Position numbers and translations under genes: made by a program
The notes under the pieces: model-generated
The model's database searches: none
What the model saw: the letters and a program-made list of their open reading frames with translations, nothing else
Told to the model about the DNA's origin: nothing
IMG/VR virus record: IMGVR_UViG_3300049183_000013
Span: 1 to 37,015 of that record
Reading direction: 5' to 3' (one strand)
From: a virus
Taxonomy: Duplodnaviria > Caudoviricetes
DNA length: 37,015 bases
Shown: positions 1-10,111 of the stretch, in pieces
How the letters are laid out: each line of letters starts with the position of its first letter
Position numbering within the stretch: position 1 is the stretch's first letter

Positions 1-25
1 CATTGAGGTATTCCGGGGAAGTGAG

Positions 26-73
26 TGTAAAACCGCAAACGGTCTGCGAAGAAGTCGCAGAGATCTGCGAATT
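26..73 (+). repeat. Left end: putative terminus and transposase-binding repeats
   Basis: TG at 26, TCTGCGAA at 43 and 64; 51-73 GAAGTCGCAGAGATCTGCGAATT is the exact reverse complement of 36856-36878. Confidence 0.8.
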
Positions 74-115
74 AAGCCTGCCCGGCAAGCCCTTTTAAGC
101 CCGCGTAACCGCCGG

Positions 116-1363
116 TTAAGGCACCCAATCAATCGGCCCGGACCAGATCGGCCGGACGGTCCCGGCACCGTCGGAGTAGGCGAGCGGGAAGACCTGCAGC
201 GTCGGCGAGTTCCCCGGCCAGCCCGGTGAGCTGCCCGAGGCGAACTTCGGCCCCTCGGTCCCGGTGACCTCGTTGGTCCCGGCATCGAGCACGAGCTCGC
301 CCCACCACCAGCCCTCCAGCGGCACCGCGCGCTGCGGGCCGCTGATCTCGACCTCGAAGTCCGCGCCGCCGTCGCCGTAGGTCAGCGCGCCGTAGGGGGT
401 GGAAAACCACCGGCCGGCGGGATCGTAGAGCCGCGACGCATCCGCGTCCCGATAGGCCACCTCGTCCGTCCCGTCGCGCCACGATCCCACGCCGCTGCCG
501 TCGATCCCGAGCGTCCAGCCGCTGCTCGCGTCGGCCTCCCAGCTTTGCCAGCCGGTCGGCACGTAGAAGCCCTCCTGCGTCCCGCTGCTACCGGTCGCCC
601 GCAGCACGGCCTCGCGGGCGGTGAATTCGCTGCCGCCCTCGAATTCCACATCGATCGTGAAGGGCAGGCCGCCGTAGGTCGCCTCGCCGTAGGCGGTGCT
701 GTTTGCCGTGCCGGTCGGCCCGGTGCTGGTCACCGTGTAGGTCCACGGCGAGCCGCCGTTAAAGTCCGTTTCACCGTCCGGCGTGGCGGGGTAAACCCCA
801 GCCGGATCGGTCATCGAGCCACCCAGCCGGTCCGCCACGATCGAGGTCCCGCCGCCGTGCAGCTCGGCATTCCCGGTCGATTTCTCCAGCACGATGGCAT
901 ACGTCGAATCCTCCACGCCCACCCACGTCGTGAAGCTCGGGCTGTCGGCGATCACCACCCAATTCACCACCGGGAAGGTCCCCGCGCTGGCCACGCCGGT
1001 CAGCCCGCCGACGGCTGGCGAGCCCGCCACGATGTCCGTCCCGTCCCGCAGCGCGAAGGACCCGTCCGCCTCCCGCGTCCATGTCCAATCGTCATCGCGC
1101 ACGCTCACCCAGGCATCCGGACCGGTCGGCCGGTAGAATCCCGCCTGCACGCCCGTGGTGGTCGCATCGAGCCGCCAATTCCGGCCGCTGCCGCCGAGGA
1201 ATTCCCCGCCGGTCCCTTCCAGCGGTCGCCACTCGTCGCCAAGCTGCGGCTGCACCGCCGCATGCGCGTCGCCGATCCAGAAGAGCGTCGTCGTCGCGTG
1301 CCGGGCGACCACCGGCACCGGCAAGGCCCACAGGTTTCCTTCTGCGTCGGTGTAGAGGCTCAT
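116..1363 (-). CDS. Putative tail tip/fibre protein (415 aa)
   Basis: Last gene of the tail operon; ATG 1363 overlaps the upstream stop (ATGA); G/T/W-rich with internal repeats (GFY.PTG..W, RDGTD.VA, STxYG..TYG). Confidence 0.6.
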   Translation of the reverse strand: MSLYTDAEGNLWALPVPVVARHATTTLFWIGDAHAAVQPQLGDEWRPLEGTGGEFLGGSGRNWRLDATTTGVQAGFYRPTGPDAWVSVRDDDWTWTREADGSFALRDGTDIVAGSPAVGGLTGVASAGTFPVVNWVVIADSPSFTTWVGVEDSTYAIVLEKSTGNAELHGGGTSIVADRLGGSMTDPAGVYPATPDGETDFNGGSPWTYTVTSTGPTGTANSTAYGEATYGGLPFTIDVEFEGGSEFTAREAVLRATGSSGTQEGFYVPTGWQSWEADASSGWTLGIDGSGVGSWRDGTDEVAYRDADASRLYDPAGRWFSTPYGALTYGDGGADFEVEISGPQRAVPLEGWWWGELVLDAGTNEVTGTEGPKFASGSSPGWPGNSPTLQVFPLAYSDGAGTVRPIWSGPIDWVP

Positions 1364-3129
1364 GAATTCGTAATCGTGATGTTCGTCTGCGGGCTGAACC
1401 GGAACCGCTGCGAGATCGTCCTCACATCGTGGCGCGATGGCGGCCCCAGCTCGATGCTCACCGTCTTGCTGCGGAAGTCGTACGTCACCGCCTTGGGCAG
1501 CGCGCCCATCGTCGCCATCGCCGCGTCGCCGCCCGTCACGTTGAACTTCCGGTTCATCAACGAAAGCCCGTCGCAGATCTCGGCACCCTTCCGCACGATC
1601 CGCCCGCGCCATGGCGTGAAGCTCTGCATCGAGAGCAGGGCGGCCGCCATCCCGGCCGGTGGCGTCAGGTATTCGAACGCTTGCGGCTTCGCCAGCACCG
1701 TCGGCGAGGCATAGGCCGTCGTGGTCAGCAGCGCAGCGATCTCGAAGTCCAGCGCCCACAGGTAATTCTGGTGGCGGTTGTAGCCCGCCGGTTGGCTGAA
1801 GCTCGTCGTCTGCCCCCACGCCGGCGGCGGCTCACCGCTGCGGCTCATGGCCTGTTGAAGCGACCATGGGAAAGCCTTCGCCCAATCCGGGGGTTGCAGG
1901 CTCTCCATGCGATCGGCCGTTAGATACGGGCTCTTCGCCGATGTGCTCGCCGCCAGCACGTAGATGCGGCCCTTGATCGTCACCCGCTCGGCATTCGCGA
2001 GGGTGACCCACTCCGGAGGATCGGGCGTGATGACGAGCTGCTTGCCCACCACCGAGACCGCCGCACCGTTCGCGTCCACGTACTGCAGCGCCGGTTGCGG
2101 GTGCGAGTAGTAGGTCGCGCCGGAGCTGGGGAAGCTCGGGTCGCTGCACGTTTGCAGCACCTCGGCGTTCGCCAGGATCACATCGGTCACGGCGGGCTTG
2201 CCGCTATACGCCGCCCGGCTCGCGATCACTTCCGGCAGCATGTTCAGGATCGTCGGCCGCAGCGTGTTGATCGTCACGTTGGCACTCACCGTCTGCACCG
2301 TGAAGCTCTCGTAATCGTCCGGCGGCACGAAGGTATCGCGCTCGGCACCGCTGATCGCCACCACCTGCGTCTTGCCCGTCGCCGCCACGCCCGCCACCTG
2401 CTGCTGCTGCACCGGCACTCCGCTGCTGTTCCGCGTCATGTAGGCCAGCTCGACGCGCGAGACCACCAGCTCGATCGCTTCCTGCACATCCAGCTCGATC
2501 ATTTTGCCAGCGCTGCCGACCTCATACGGCGTGTCGATCGCACCCGCGCGTCGCGTCAGGTTGAAGGCGGGCAAGCCGCTGCCCGAGTAATCCCACCACG
2601 CGGTACCATCCGCAATGTAGCGCAGCAGGTCCGCCACCACATCGGCCATCGTCATCTCGGAAAACTGCTGCTTGGGAATCGTCAGCGTGTCGGCGATCGT
2701 CCCGATTCTTATCGGCGCGCCCTGCGCGATCGCCCTCGTTAAAACGGTGGTTAACATGCTCTTCACCGTCGCCTCCGCGAGTTCCATCGTCGGCCGGTCG
2801 CCCGCCGTGCCCGCCTGCGTTGCCTGGATGCGCCGCAGCCACCACCACGGCCCCAGCACCGTCACGCGCGCACCGTGAAGAACGCGTCGCGGATCGCTCA
2901 CGTGGCCGTGGAAAATCCGCGAGCCGTCCTCATACAGGGAGAATTGCTGCTCGGCCTGCGGTAGGATGGTCATGCCGCCGGCCAGATCCTGCGTGCGCGC
3001 CGTCCACGTCACTTCGTCATCCGCCACGCTCTCGGTGCGATATTGCAGGTCGCGGATCTTCAGCAAGGCCGGCGTGCGAAGGGTCGCATCGAGCGCCTTG
3101 CCAAGTTCACCGCGGAGCGTCAGTCCCAT
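1360..3129 (-). CDS. Putative tail hub/baseplate (Tal-like) protein
   Basis: 589 aa ORF directly after the tape measure gene; function inferred from position. Confidence 0.6.
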   Translation of the reverse strand: MGLTLRGELGKALDATLRTPALLKIRDLQYRTESVADDEVTWTARTQDLAGGMTILPQAEQQFSLYEDGSRIFHGHVSDPRRVLHGARVTVLGPWWWLRRIQATQAGTAGDRPTMELAEATVKSMLTTVLTRAIAQGAPIRIGTIADTLTIPKQQFSEMTMADVVADLLRYIADGTAWWDYSGSGLPAFNLTRRAGAIDTPYEVGSAGKMIELDVQEAIELVVSRVELAYMTRNSSGVPVQQQQVAGVAATGKTQVVAISGAERDTFVPPDDYESFTVQTVSANVTINTLRPTILNMLPEVIASRAAYSGKPAVTDVILANAEVLQTCSDPSFPSSGATYYSHPQPALQYVDANGAAVSVVGKQLVITPDPPEWVTLANAERVTIKGRIYVLAASTSAKSPYLTADRMESLQPPDWAKAFPWSLQQAMSRSGEPPPAWGQTTSFSQPAGYNRHQNYLWALDFEIAALLTTTAYASPTVLAKPQAFEYLTPPAGMAAALLSMQSFTPWRGRIVRKGAEICDGLSLMNRKFNVTGGDAAMATMGALPKAVTYDFRSKTVSIELGPPSRHDVRTISQRFRFSPQTNITITNS

Positions 3130-3151
3130 GGAGACATCCTAGCAGCGGCAC

Positions 3152-4732
3152 TCAGCGGATTCCGTTGCGCAGTCCTTCGATCTGTGCGTCCTGCGCCTTC
3201 TGCTTCGTGGCGACGTCCTTCACCAGTGCGATCAGTTTGTCCACCTGCGCCACGTTGCCATTCATCGCTTCGGTGAGCGCGGGATGCAAGGTCACCAGTT
3301 GCCCCGAGAGCCGCTTTGCTTCCTCGGCCGTCAGCTTGCCATCGGCGAGCGCCGCGGTGATGTCCGCCGCCGCTTGTGCCTGCAATGGCGTGGTCGCCTT
3401 CACGTCCGTCATGGCGGTCGTGAGATCGCCGGTGATCTTCTGGTTCTGCGAAATCAGGTTCTTGATCGAGTCGCCTTGGTTCGCGGCTTCCAGCTCGGCA
3501 TTGATCGCTTCCAACTCGGCCTGAGTGGTCGTTTGCAACGCGGAGATCTGGTTGGCCATCGCGTAGCCTTGCTTATACAGCTGGGCGATTGTCTTCGGCG
3601 TCTCACGCAGGATCTGATCCTGCATCGCTGCCAGCGCCTTGACGTTGGCCAACTCCATCTCGATATCGCCGGCCTCACCCCGCTTGCCAGAGCCCTCGGC
3701 AATCCTGAGGCGCTTGTTAAGGTCGCTCTCCTGCTGCGAAAGCCGCTGCCGCTCTTCCTCGGCAGCCACCATCTCTTGCTTCGCGTCGGAGATCGAGGTC
3801 GCCAGATTGTCGTAGGCCAGCTTCTGCTTGTTCAGCTCGGCGGTCGCCGACGCGGTTGCGGCCTCGGCAGCGCGTTGGTGGTCGCGTTGCGCCAGTGCCG
3901 CACGCTGCTGCGTCACATCGAGACCGAGAACGGCCTCCATGTAGTCGAGCATCGAGGCCGTCGACTTGTCCTGTGCTTCCTGCACGCGGCGCTGCGAATC
4001 GGCGACTTTGTTTTGCGTGTCGATCCGCTGGACCTCGGCTTCACGAAGATCGTCGGTCTGCTCTTTGAGGATCTGAACCGCGTAGGCGAGATCCTCGGTA
4101 TATTCCTGTGCCTTCGTCTCGCGCAGTTGTTCCAGCGCGTCCTTGAGCTTCTCCGCGGCCTCCTTGAAGTCCTCGGTCTTCTCCTTGCCCTCGCCCATCT
4201 TCAGCACCAGCGCACCGAGGGCGACCACACCACCGGCAATCGCACCCCACATGCCGAAGCCGCCTAACAACTGCGGCAGCTGCTGCCCGAATGCCTGCGC
4301 GGCACTGGTGCCTGCCGCGAGCTGCGTGCCGAGGTCTTGCACCTGGAAGGCGACGTTCTGAACCGAGCGACCCGCCGCGCTGCTCGCCTTGGTGACCTGC
4401 TTCTTCGCTTCGACGAGCCTGTCCGTTCCCAGCTGCTCGCGCTTCATCTCATCGACCAGCGCCTGCGCCGCTTGCCGGGCGCGCACCTTCACGAAGTTGT
4501 CTTCGATGGTGGTGAAGGTGGACTTCTTGGTCGCCTTCTCAGCTTGGTCGATCGCGCGGGAAAGATCATACTCACCACCGATCGATTGCCGCAGCGATTC
4601 GGGATTCCGCAGCCGGTTGAGCTTCTCCTGCTCGGCCCGGATATCCTTCATGGTATCCACGACCTTCTTGCCCGCGTCGCCTTCCGTGCGCGTCTTGAAA
4701 GTAACCGTGTAACCGATATTCTCTTCAGCCAT
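3152..4732 (-). CDS. Tail tape measure protein
   Basis: Ala/Gln/Glu-rich helical protein with lambda-type TMP motif NVAFQVQDLGTQLAAGTSAAQAFGQQLPQL followed by a hydrophobic segment. Confidence 0.85.
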   Translation of the reverse strand: MAEENIGYTVTFKTRTEGDAGKKVVDTMKDIRAEQEKLNRLRNPESLRQSIGGEYDLSRAIDQAEKATKKSTFTTIEDNFVKVRARQAAQALVDEMKREQLGTDRLVEAKKQVTKASSAAGRSVQNVAFQVQDLGTQLAAGTSAAQAFGQQLPQLLGGFGMWGAIAGGVVALGALVLKMGEGKEKTEDFKEAAEKLKDALEQLRETKAQEYTEDLAYAVQILKEQTDDLREAEVQRIDTQNKVADSQRRVQEAQDKSTASMLDYMEAVLGLDVTQQRAALAQRDHQRAAEAATASATAELNKQKLAYDNLATSISDAKQEMVAAEEERQRLSQQESDLNKRLRIAEGSGKRGEAGDIEMELANVKALAAMQDQILRETPKTIAQLYKQGYAMANQISALQTTTQAELEAINAELEAANQGDSIKNLISQNQKITGDLTTAMTDVKATTPLQAQAAADITAALADGKLTAEEAKRLSGQLVTLHPALTEAMNGNVAQVDKLIALVKDVATKQKAQDAQIEGLRNGIR

Positions 4733-4749
4733 CGTGAAAGGGTGTTAGA

Positions 4750-6540
4750 TCAGATATCGAGGCTGCTTTCCGCCAGCACGGCCGCCAACCATTGCGCGTG
4801 TTCGAAGGGGCTGGTCGCCTCGTCGAGAATGAGCACGTGATTGACCTCGCCGGCCGCCGGGTTCGCGCCGCCTTGGCCCGCCATGATCCGCGTCTCCGAG
4901 GAATTGGTGGCACTGGTCACGCCCGCGCTGGTCAAGGCGCCCGCCGCCACCGCCGCGCCGGCCACGTAGATCGTCGCCGTGCCCGCCGCGTAGTCGATGC
5001 TCGCGGAGATCGACTGGAAGAAGAACTGCGTCACCGCCCCGGCCGCCGTGATCGTCGCCGTCGCCTCGCCATCGAGCCGGCGGACGAGCAGCTTCACATC
5101 GCCGCCATCGACGCGCAGGCACACCCGCGGATTCGCCGCATTGGTCCCGCAGAAGATCAGGTCATTGGTGCCCGTCACGCGGTTCAGCATGCCCAGCCAC
5201 ACCAGCGTCACGCCCGCCACCGCATTCAGCGGCAGCGGTGCGGTGAAGGCGAAGCTATCATCCGCGCCATCGAAGCGCGGGATCGGGCCTTCCACGATGA
5301 ATGCCGGCGTCGTCGATGCGCGGGACAGCACCGGCGTGACCGGATGCACCCAGGTGTCGGTGAAGGTGTAGTCGATCAGCAGCAGCGTGCTGGTCACAAA
5401 CCACGTGGAGGTGTTCCAGAATTGCAGCCGCTCGGTGATCCCTGCCAAGAGGTCCGTCGTGCCGCCATTGATCGAGCCGAGCCACACATCGCTCGTCGTC
5501 GCATAGGCCGTCAGGTTGCTGACCGTCTGCGCGGGCGAGAACAGGATCCCATTCTGGAAGTCCTGCTCCGGATACAGGTAGAAGGAAAGCACCGTGCCAG
5601 CCTTGATCACCTGAATGCCGCAACGCTCGCCCGCGGGCATGCCCGTCGGCAGTGCGGAGGTCCACGTCGTCACCGTGCCCGCCGTGCCGTCCGTGCTCAC
5701 CTGCAGCGAGACCTTGCCATCGGTCTCCAGATAGAGCGCCCACGAGCGGCGATTGCTCGCGCTGTCCCACTTGCTCGCCAGACACATGCGCGCAGCCGGC
5801 GTGTAATCCGTCAGCGTGCCATCCCAGCGGATCGAAAAGTTCGCACCCGGCTGGAGCGTCGCGTGATTCGCCACCGAGACCCCGTTGCCGCTCACGCCGG
5901 GCAGGTAGAGCCCTTCGCCCTTGAGCGTCGTCGGACGGCTGCCCGCGGTCGCCTGCGCGGCCGTGCTGCCATGCGTGCCCGCATTCTCCCACTCGGCCGC
6001 CGCTTCCAGGTGATCCGGCTCGGTGCCCAGCGCATCGAGCAAGCCATCGCGCCGCGACATCGTCACCGCGGCCGTCTCCAGCCCCGCCGGTGCCGGTCCC
6101 GCCGGCGTGCCGAGCGTGAGCGCGCCGCACTTCAGCTCGAAGGTTGACTCGGTGCGATGCGGCCCGCCCGGCAGCGGCACGAAGTTCCAGCGCTGGATCG
6201 CGCAGGTCGCATAGACATACGTGTCACCGCCTTGGATCTCCACCGTCAGCGGTGCGGTGATGTTCACCGGGATCGCCGTGTCCTGCTCCAGGCACCATTC
6301 AAGCGCCGTTTCACGGTCGGCATGCTCCTTGTGGACGATGAGCTTCTGCGGCCGCTTCACATTACCGAAGGCCAGCGGCTCGCTCTCATCCGCCTCGATG
6401 TAGTCGCCATCCTCCACCACCTGCTCGCCACCGAAGGCCAGCACGTTCGCGATGAAGTCACCGGCGCTGCACAGCACCAGCTCATCCGGACCGTCCTTGT
6501 CGAAGGTCACCGTCCACCGGCTCTTTACTTTGTTAGCCAT
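4750..6540 (-). CDS. Tail protein: Dit-like N-terminus plus LamG/concanavalin A-like domains
   Basis: ~140 aa structural domain, PAGPAP linker, then LamG-type motifs (SKWDSASNRRSWALYL, PRFDGADD, ATIYVAG). Confidence 0.6.
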   Translation of the reverse strand: MANKVKSRWTVTFDKDGPDELVLCSAGDFIANVLAFGGEQVVEDGDYIEADESEPLAFGNVKRPQKLIVHKEHADRETALEWCLEQDTAIPVNITAPLTVEIQGGDTYVYATCAIQRWNFVPLPGGPHRTESTFELKCGALTLGTPAGPAPAGLETAAVTMSRRDGLLDALGTEPDHLEAAAEWENAGTHGSTAAQATAGSRPTTLKGEGLYLPGVSGNGVSVANHATLQPGANFSIRWDGTLTDYTPAARMCLASKWDSASNRRSWALYLETDGKVSLQVSTDGTAGTVTTWTSALPTGMPAGERCGIQVIKAGTVLSFYLYPEQDFQNGILFSPAQTVSNLTAYATTSDVWLGSINGGTTDLLAGITERLQFWNTSTWFVTSTLLLIDYTFTDTWVHPVTPVLSRASTTPAFIVEGPIPRFDGADDSFAFTAPLPLNAVAGVTLVWLGMLNRVTGTNDLIFCGTNAANPRVCLRVDGGDVKLLVRRLDGEATATITAAGAVTQFFFQSISASIDYAAGTATIYVAGAAVAAGALTSAGVTSATNSSETRIMAGQGGANPAAGEVNHVLILDEATSPFEHAQWLAAVLAESSLDI

Positions 6541-6547
6541 CGGGTTG

Positions 6548-6631
6548 TTAGGAGAGCGAAAGAGCGAGGGATAGAGCGGTCCAGCCGAACAGCCACGCCA
6601 GCGTCAGGGCGATGGCTGCGGCGTCGGACAT
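6548..6631 (-). CDS. Small hydrophobic peptide (27 aa, MSDAAAIALTLAWLFGWTALSLALSLS)
   Basis: Read manually; fills the gap between two tail genes, ATG 3 nt after the upstream stop. Confidence 0.4.
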   Translation of the reverse strand: MSDAAAIALTLAWLFGWTALSLALSLS

Positions 6632-6634
6632 GGC

Positions 6635-8827
6635 TTACATGCTGGTGCGATACCGGATGAAGGTCATCTTGCCGAAGTTCACATCAATTCCCGTGTTGGT
6701 ATTGGAACCGGCGTAGCAACTGATGAAGTGGTAGCCCGACCAGTTCGTCGGGATGCCCGTCGCGAATACCTCCGGTGCCAGGGCGACCCCGTTGAGGTCC
6801 TTGATGATCACGGAGAGGCCGAGGGTCGGGCGGTGCTGGAGGATCACATCCTTGAAGCCCCGCAGCGTGCTGAGGGCCGGGTTGGCGTTGGCCACCGGAA
6901 TTGTCGTCGATGTCAGCGATGACACGCCAGCGGTGATGACCTCCAGCTGGATATTGGCATTGACGCCGGTGTCCGCGAGGATGCCCACCCCGTATTGTGG
7001 CTTGGAGGTGGCCGCGTCCGAGCTGTAGATGCCGAAGCGGTAGATGCCAGTGTCCGAATTGTAGCTTTCGACCGCGGCGCGCAGATACCAGTAGGCCTGC
7101 CCGCCGGGAGGAACAACGGCGCTCGCCGCGGTAAACCGGAGGATGTTGCTGGTCGATGCGGTGGACGACCCGCAGCGGAATCCACCAGGGGCGAATTGGT
7201 TCAGGTTGAGCGCATAGGCGCTGCTCGTGTTGTTGGGAAGATCCCAGGTTCCAACGGTCGTCGCCGTCCAGCCCAGGTCGCAGTATGGGGAAGCGGACAA
7301 CCGGCTCGCGAAGCTTTCCTCTAGGAAGGCGTGCGTCCTCCGGTCCTGCTCGGTGAAGTAAACGCGACCGACTGTTTCCGTCTGTTGCAGGGTGGCGAAG
7401 GTGTTGTCCGTGTAGCGGCGGATGTAGGAGCAAGGCGGCGCGACTCGCGGGTAATTGGTGTTCGCGGAATCCCAGTAGTTTGAGTTCCCCGTGACGCTTT
7501 GAATCTCGATGTCGACGTTTTGCTTTTGAGCCTCCGGGTAGTAGTCCCGGACCAGAATCCCGGTGGTGGAATTCAACAGCTTCACGTGCCCGACGATCAG
7601 GCGGGTGGCATCGCTGCTAAAGCGGGTGGCGAAGCACTCGGCAGTCGGAACCTCGACGTTGACGGCATCCACATAAACCGAGCTGTCGGTGATGTCTGCG
7701 AACCGCGCGAAGTTGTTGTAGTTCCCGGTTTCGATCACCACATTCTTACAGCCGCCGATCCGGAAATTATTGCCGCCCGTGATGTTGTTCGACCCGGACT
7801 TGCTGACCGTGATGCCATCGTGAGCCCACAGCTCGACGCCGGTGTTGCAGTCGTTCCAGTGGACATACTCGATATTGCCTTCGACCGCGTTGGAGTGCTT
7901 GATGGCGGTGTCGAAGCCGCTGATCTGGCAGCGGACAATATCGGTCGAGCCGGAGGTGAAATTGATGGTCGTGCCCCAGTCACCACCGAACTTGATGGCG
8001 GTGCCGTGCTTGGCGCTCGAGCCTGAAATCACGAAGCCCTCCACGCCGGCCCCGAAGATCTCGCCAGTGGTGCCAGCATCGCCGTAGATCACCGGCGTGG
8101 CGGTGGTGGCGGGGAATAGCACGGTGCCGGTCAGATTCCGGTCCGCGAGTTGCGCGACACTGAAAATGCTCTCAATGTTGGAGCCCCGGTAGCACCCCAG
8201 CAGCTTGACGTTCTTGGTCAGCGTCAGGTTGGAAGCCAGGAACTTGAGGGGCGGAAAGTAAACCGTCCGAGTGATCGTCGAGGTGGAAGCTGCCGTGATC
8301 GCGGATTGAATCGCCGTGCTGTCATTGGTGCCCCAAAAGATCGCCTTGGAGGAGACCGTGGTCGAGGCATTGACCGAGAGCGTGATCGATGTCCCGGAAT
8401 TGCGCGTAGCGATGGTGGTGATCAGGTCCGCACCGGCAGCACCGGCGCCCTCCACGCGGATATACTTCCCTACGACCGTGGTCGGGAAGTTCGCGGTCGC
8501 ACTGGTCAGTGTGGCGGTGCCGGACGTTATTGCACCATCAAATCGGCACTCGGCATCCCCCGCCGCATTGTAGGGCGGCTTGGTGACGTCGATCCATGTC
8601 AGGGTGGACTTGTCCGCCTTCGCATCGAGCGCCGTCTGCGTCGCCGCGCTGACAGGCTTGCCCGCGTCGCTGGTATTATCGACGTTTTCCAATTGGAGAG
8701 CGGTCTTGAAGGCCGTGCGCTCCGCCGGCGTGTCGATGCCTTGGCCCACCGAGTTCACGTGGTCCGGCTCTTGGGCGAACAGCGGCAAGAGCAGCGCGGC
8801 GAAAAGGGCAATGAAGCGGTGTTTCAT
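6635..8827 (-). CDS. Tail spike/fibre with pectate-lyase-like beta-helix (putative depolymerase)
   Basis: Fibre motif LENVDNTSDAGKPVSAATQTALDAK, then the WIDV..YNAAGD...DSTAIQSAI...VYFPP beta-helix entry motif; ATG 8827 preferred over 8857. Confidence 0.75.
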   Translation of the reverse strand: MKHRFIALFAALLLPLFAQEPDHVNSVGQGIDTPAERTAFKTALQLENVDNTSDAGKPVSAATQTALDAKADKSTLTWIDVTKPPYNAAGDAECRFDGAITSGTATLTSATANFPTTVVGKYIRVEGAGAAGADLITTIATRNSGTSITLSVNASTTVSSKAIFWGTNDSTAIQSAITAASTSTITRTVYFPPLKFLASNLTLTKNVKLLGCYRGSNIESIFSVAQLADRNLTGTVLFPATTATPVIYGDAGTTGEIFGAGVEGFVISGSSAKHGTAIKFGGDWGTTINFTSGSTDIVRCQISGFDTAIKHSNAVEGNIEYVHWNDCNTGVELWAHDGITVSKSGSNNITGGNNFRIGGCKNVVIETGNYNNFARFADITDSSVYVDAVNVEVPTAECFATRFSSDATRLIVGHVKLLNSTTGILVRDYYPEAQKQNVDIEIQSVTGNSNYWDSANTNYPRVAPPCSYIRRYTDNTFATLQQTETVGRVYFTEQDRRTHAFLEESFASRLSASPYCDLGWTATTVGTWDLPNNTSSAYALNLNQFAPGGFRCGSSTASTSNILRFTAASAVVPPGGQAYWYLRAAVESYNSDTGIYRFGIYSSDAATSKPQYGVGILADTGVNANIQLEVITAGVSSLTSTTIPVANANPALSTLRGFKDVILQHRPTLGLSVIIKDLNGVALAPEVFATGIPTNWSGYHFISCYAGSNTNTGIDVNFGKMTFIRYRTSM

Positions 8828-8853
8828 GGTCGTTAAAACAGAGGGGAAAAGGT

Positions 8854-9096
8854 TCAAGCGGTCGCGGTCATCATCTTGCCTTGCGCCTCATCGAAGTAGG
8901 GATCGCCGTTGGCCAGTTCGAGATTGGCTGCCGCGAGGTTGGCATAGGTCGCAATACCCATCGCCGCGCGATAGGCGGTGAGCTGCGCGGCATCCATCGC
9001 CTGCACCGCGGCAAGCAGTGCGGCGGCCGTTGTTGGTCCGGGCGGCCCGCTCGGCCCCTGTGCCCCTCCACTTAGAATCTTGTCGGCGACTTCCAT
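8854..9096 (-). CDS. Small virion-associated protein with short collagen-like segment
   Basis: GAQGPSGPPGP; tightly packed in the operon. Confidence 0.6.
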   Translation of the reverse strand: MEVADKILSGGAQGPSGPPGPTTAAALLAAVQAMDAAQLTAYRAAMGIATYANLAAANLELANGDPYFDEAQGKMMTATA

Positions 9097-9102
9097 GGTA
9101 GG

Positions 9103-9447
9103 TCAGGCTTCGGGTTCGGTGATGGTTCCTTGCTTCGTGCACTGGCCCTCGTCGATCTTGTGACGCTCGCCCAGGGCATCGATGTAAAACAGGTCGTAAC
9201 GGAACTCCCCGTCGGGGATCGCGTTCACATCCGCCACGTCCATGATCTGGCTGAAGCTGCCGACGGTGATGTCCACCCACTCGAAACGAAACGTGCCGAG
9301 CAACACGCCACCCGGCTCCGGCCGCACCTGCGCTTCGAGGCTGCCGCCGGTGCAGTTGATGCCGGACGTGCCGCCCGTGTCGGGATCGCGCTGCAGGTAT
9401 TGCCGGAAGCGGCGGAAGGTCTCGTTGTGATTGAGCAGGATGTTCAT
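9103..9447 (-). CDS. BppU-N-like fibre adaptor protein
   Basis: 114 aa; INCTG..LEAQVR...FRYDL...IDEG pattern typical of these small beta-sandwich adaptors. Confidence 0.55.
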   Translation of the reverse strand: MNILLNHNETFRRFRQYLQRDPDTGGTSGINCTGGSLEAQVRPEPGGVLLGTFRFEWVDITVGSFSQIMDVADVNAIPDGEFRYDLFYIDALGERHKIDEGQCTKQGTITEPEA

Positions 9448-9450
9448 GGC

Positions 9451-10047
9451 TCAATAGCTCGACTCGGGAACCAGCTGCTCCGGTGCCGATGGTGAAAGGT
9501 TCGCACCGCCTTCGCTGGTCAGCACGTGCGGTGTAGCGACTTCCACCCCGCCGATCAGCGTGCTTTCGGAAAGCGTGATCGCCGCGCCGGTCTTCGCCAG
9601 CGTGATCGAATTCCCCGCCACGCCCGGAATGATCGCCTGGAGGGTCACCAGCGTGCCAACCACCGTCGCGGTGACATTGGCGTCGGCCGCCACATCGGTG
9701 CGCAGGCCATTGATCACGTCCGCGAGACCTTGAGCATCGTCGAAGATCCGCGCCGCCGCTCCATTGTCTGGCACCAGCGCCGTGTAAGGCACTCCGCCAA
9801 TGGTCACCGTCTGCCCGCTGGTCAAGCCGACCGAAACATTCACCGTGGCCGTCGCCGCCACTGCCAGCGATCGCCCGCCCTCGCTCACCAGCTGCTCCGG
9901 TGCCGTTGGCGACAGACTCGCGCCGCCTTCGCTCGCGATGTTGCCATGCACGGCCGGCGAGAGATTCGCCCCGCCCTCCGCGTCGAGTTGGAACGGCGCG
10001 GAGGGGGAGAGATTGGCGCCGCCTTCGCTGGTGATCTGGAATGCCAT
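9451..10047 (-). CDS. Structural protein with SEGGANLSP repeats
   Basis: Five copies of a ~16 aa repeat flanking a beta-rich core (VTLQAIIPGVAGNSITLA). Confidence 0.7.
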   Translation of the reverse strand: MAFQITSEGGANLSPSAPFQLDAEGGANLSPAVHGNIASEGGASLSPTAPEQLVSEGGRSLAVAATATVNVSVGLTSGQTVTIGGVPYTALVPDNGAAARIFDDAQGLADVINGLRTDVAADANVTATVVGTLVTLQAIIPGVAGNSITLAKTGAAITLSESTLIGGVEVATPHVLTSEGGANLSPSAPEQLVPESSY

Positions 10048-10080
10048 GGTGGAGTAAAGGTTGCCGCCGCGGCTCCGGGG

Positions 10081-10111
10081 TCCTGTCCCCCGAAGCCGTG
10101 GCGAAGGGGGA
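10081..10111 (+). repeat. REP-like hairpin (possible terminator after tail tube gene)
   Basis: TCCCCC-GAAGCCGTGGCGAA-GGGGGA, intergenic. Confidence 0.5.

Noticed and set aside
1364-1819. Upstream extensions in the ORF track (116..1819, 18295..20172, 19698..20450, 11459..12091, 33560..34321)
   Set aside because: They overlap neighbouring genes or repeats; internal starts give tight stop/start coupling
116-8827. Diversity-generating retroelement or invertible tail-fibre segment (Mu G-like)
   Set aside because: No reverse transcriptase or invertase ORF, and no TR/VR pair or flanking inverted repeats noticed
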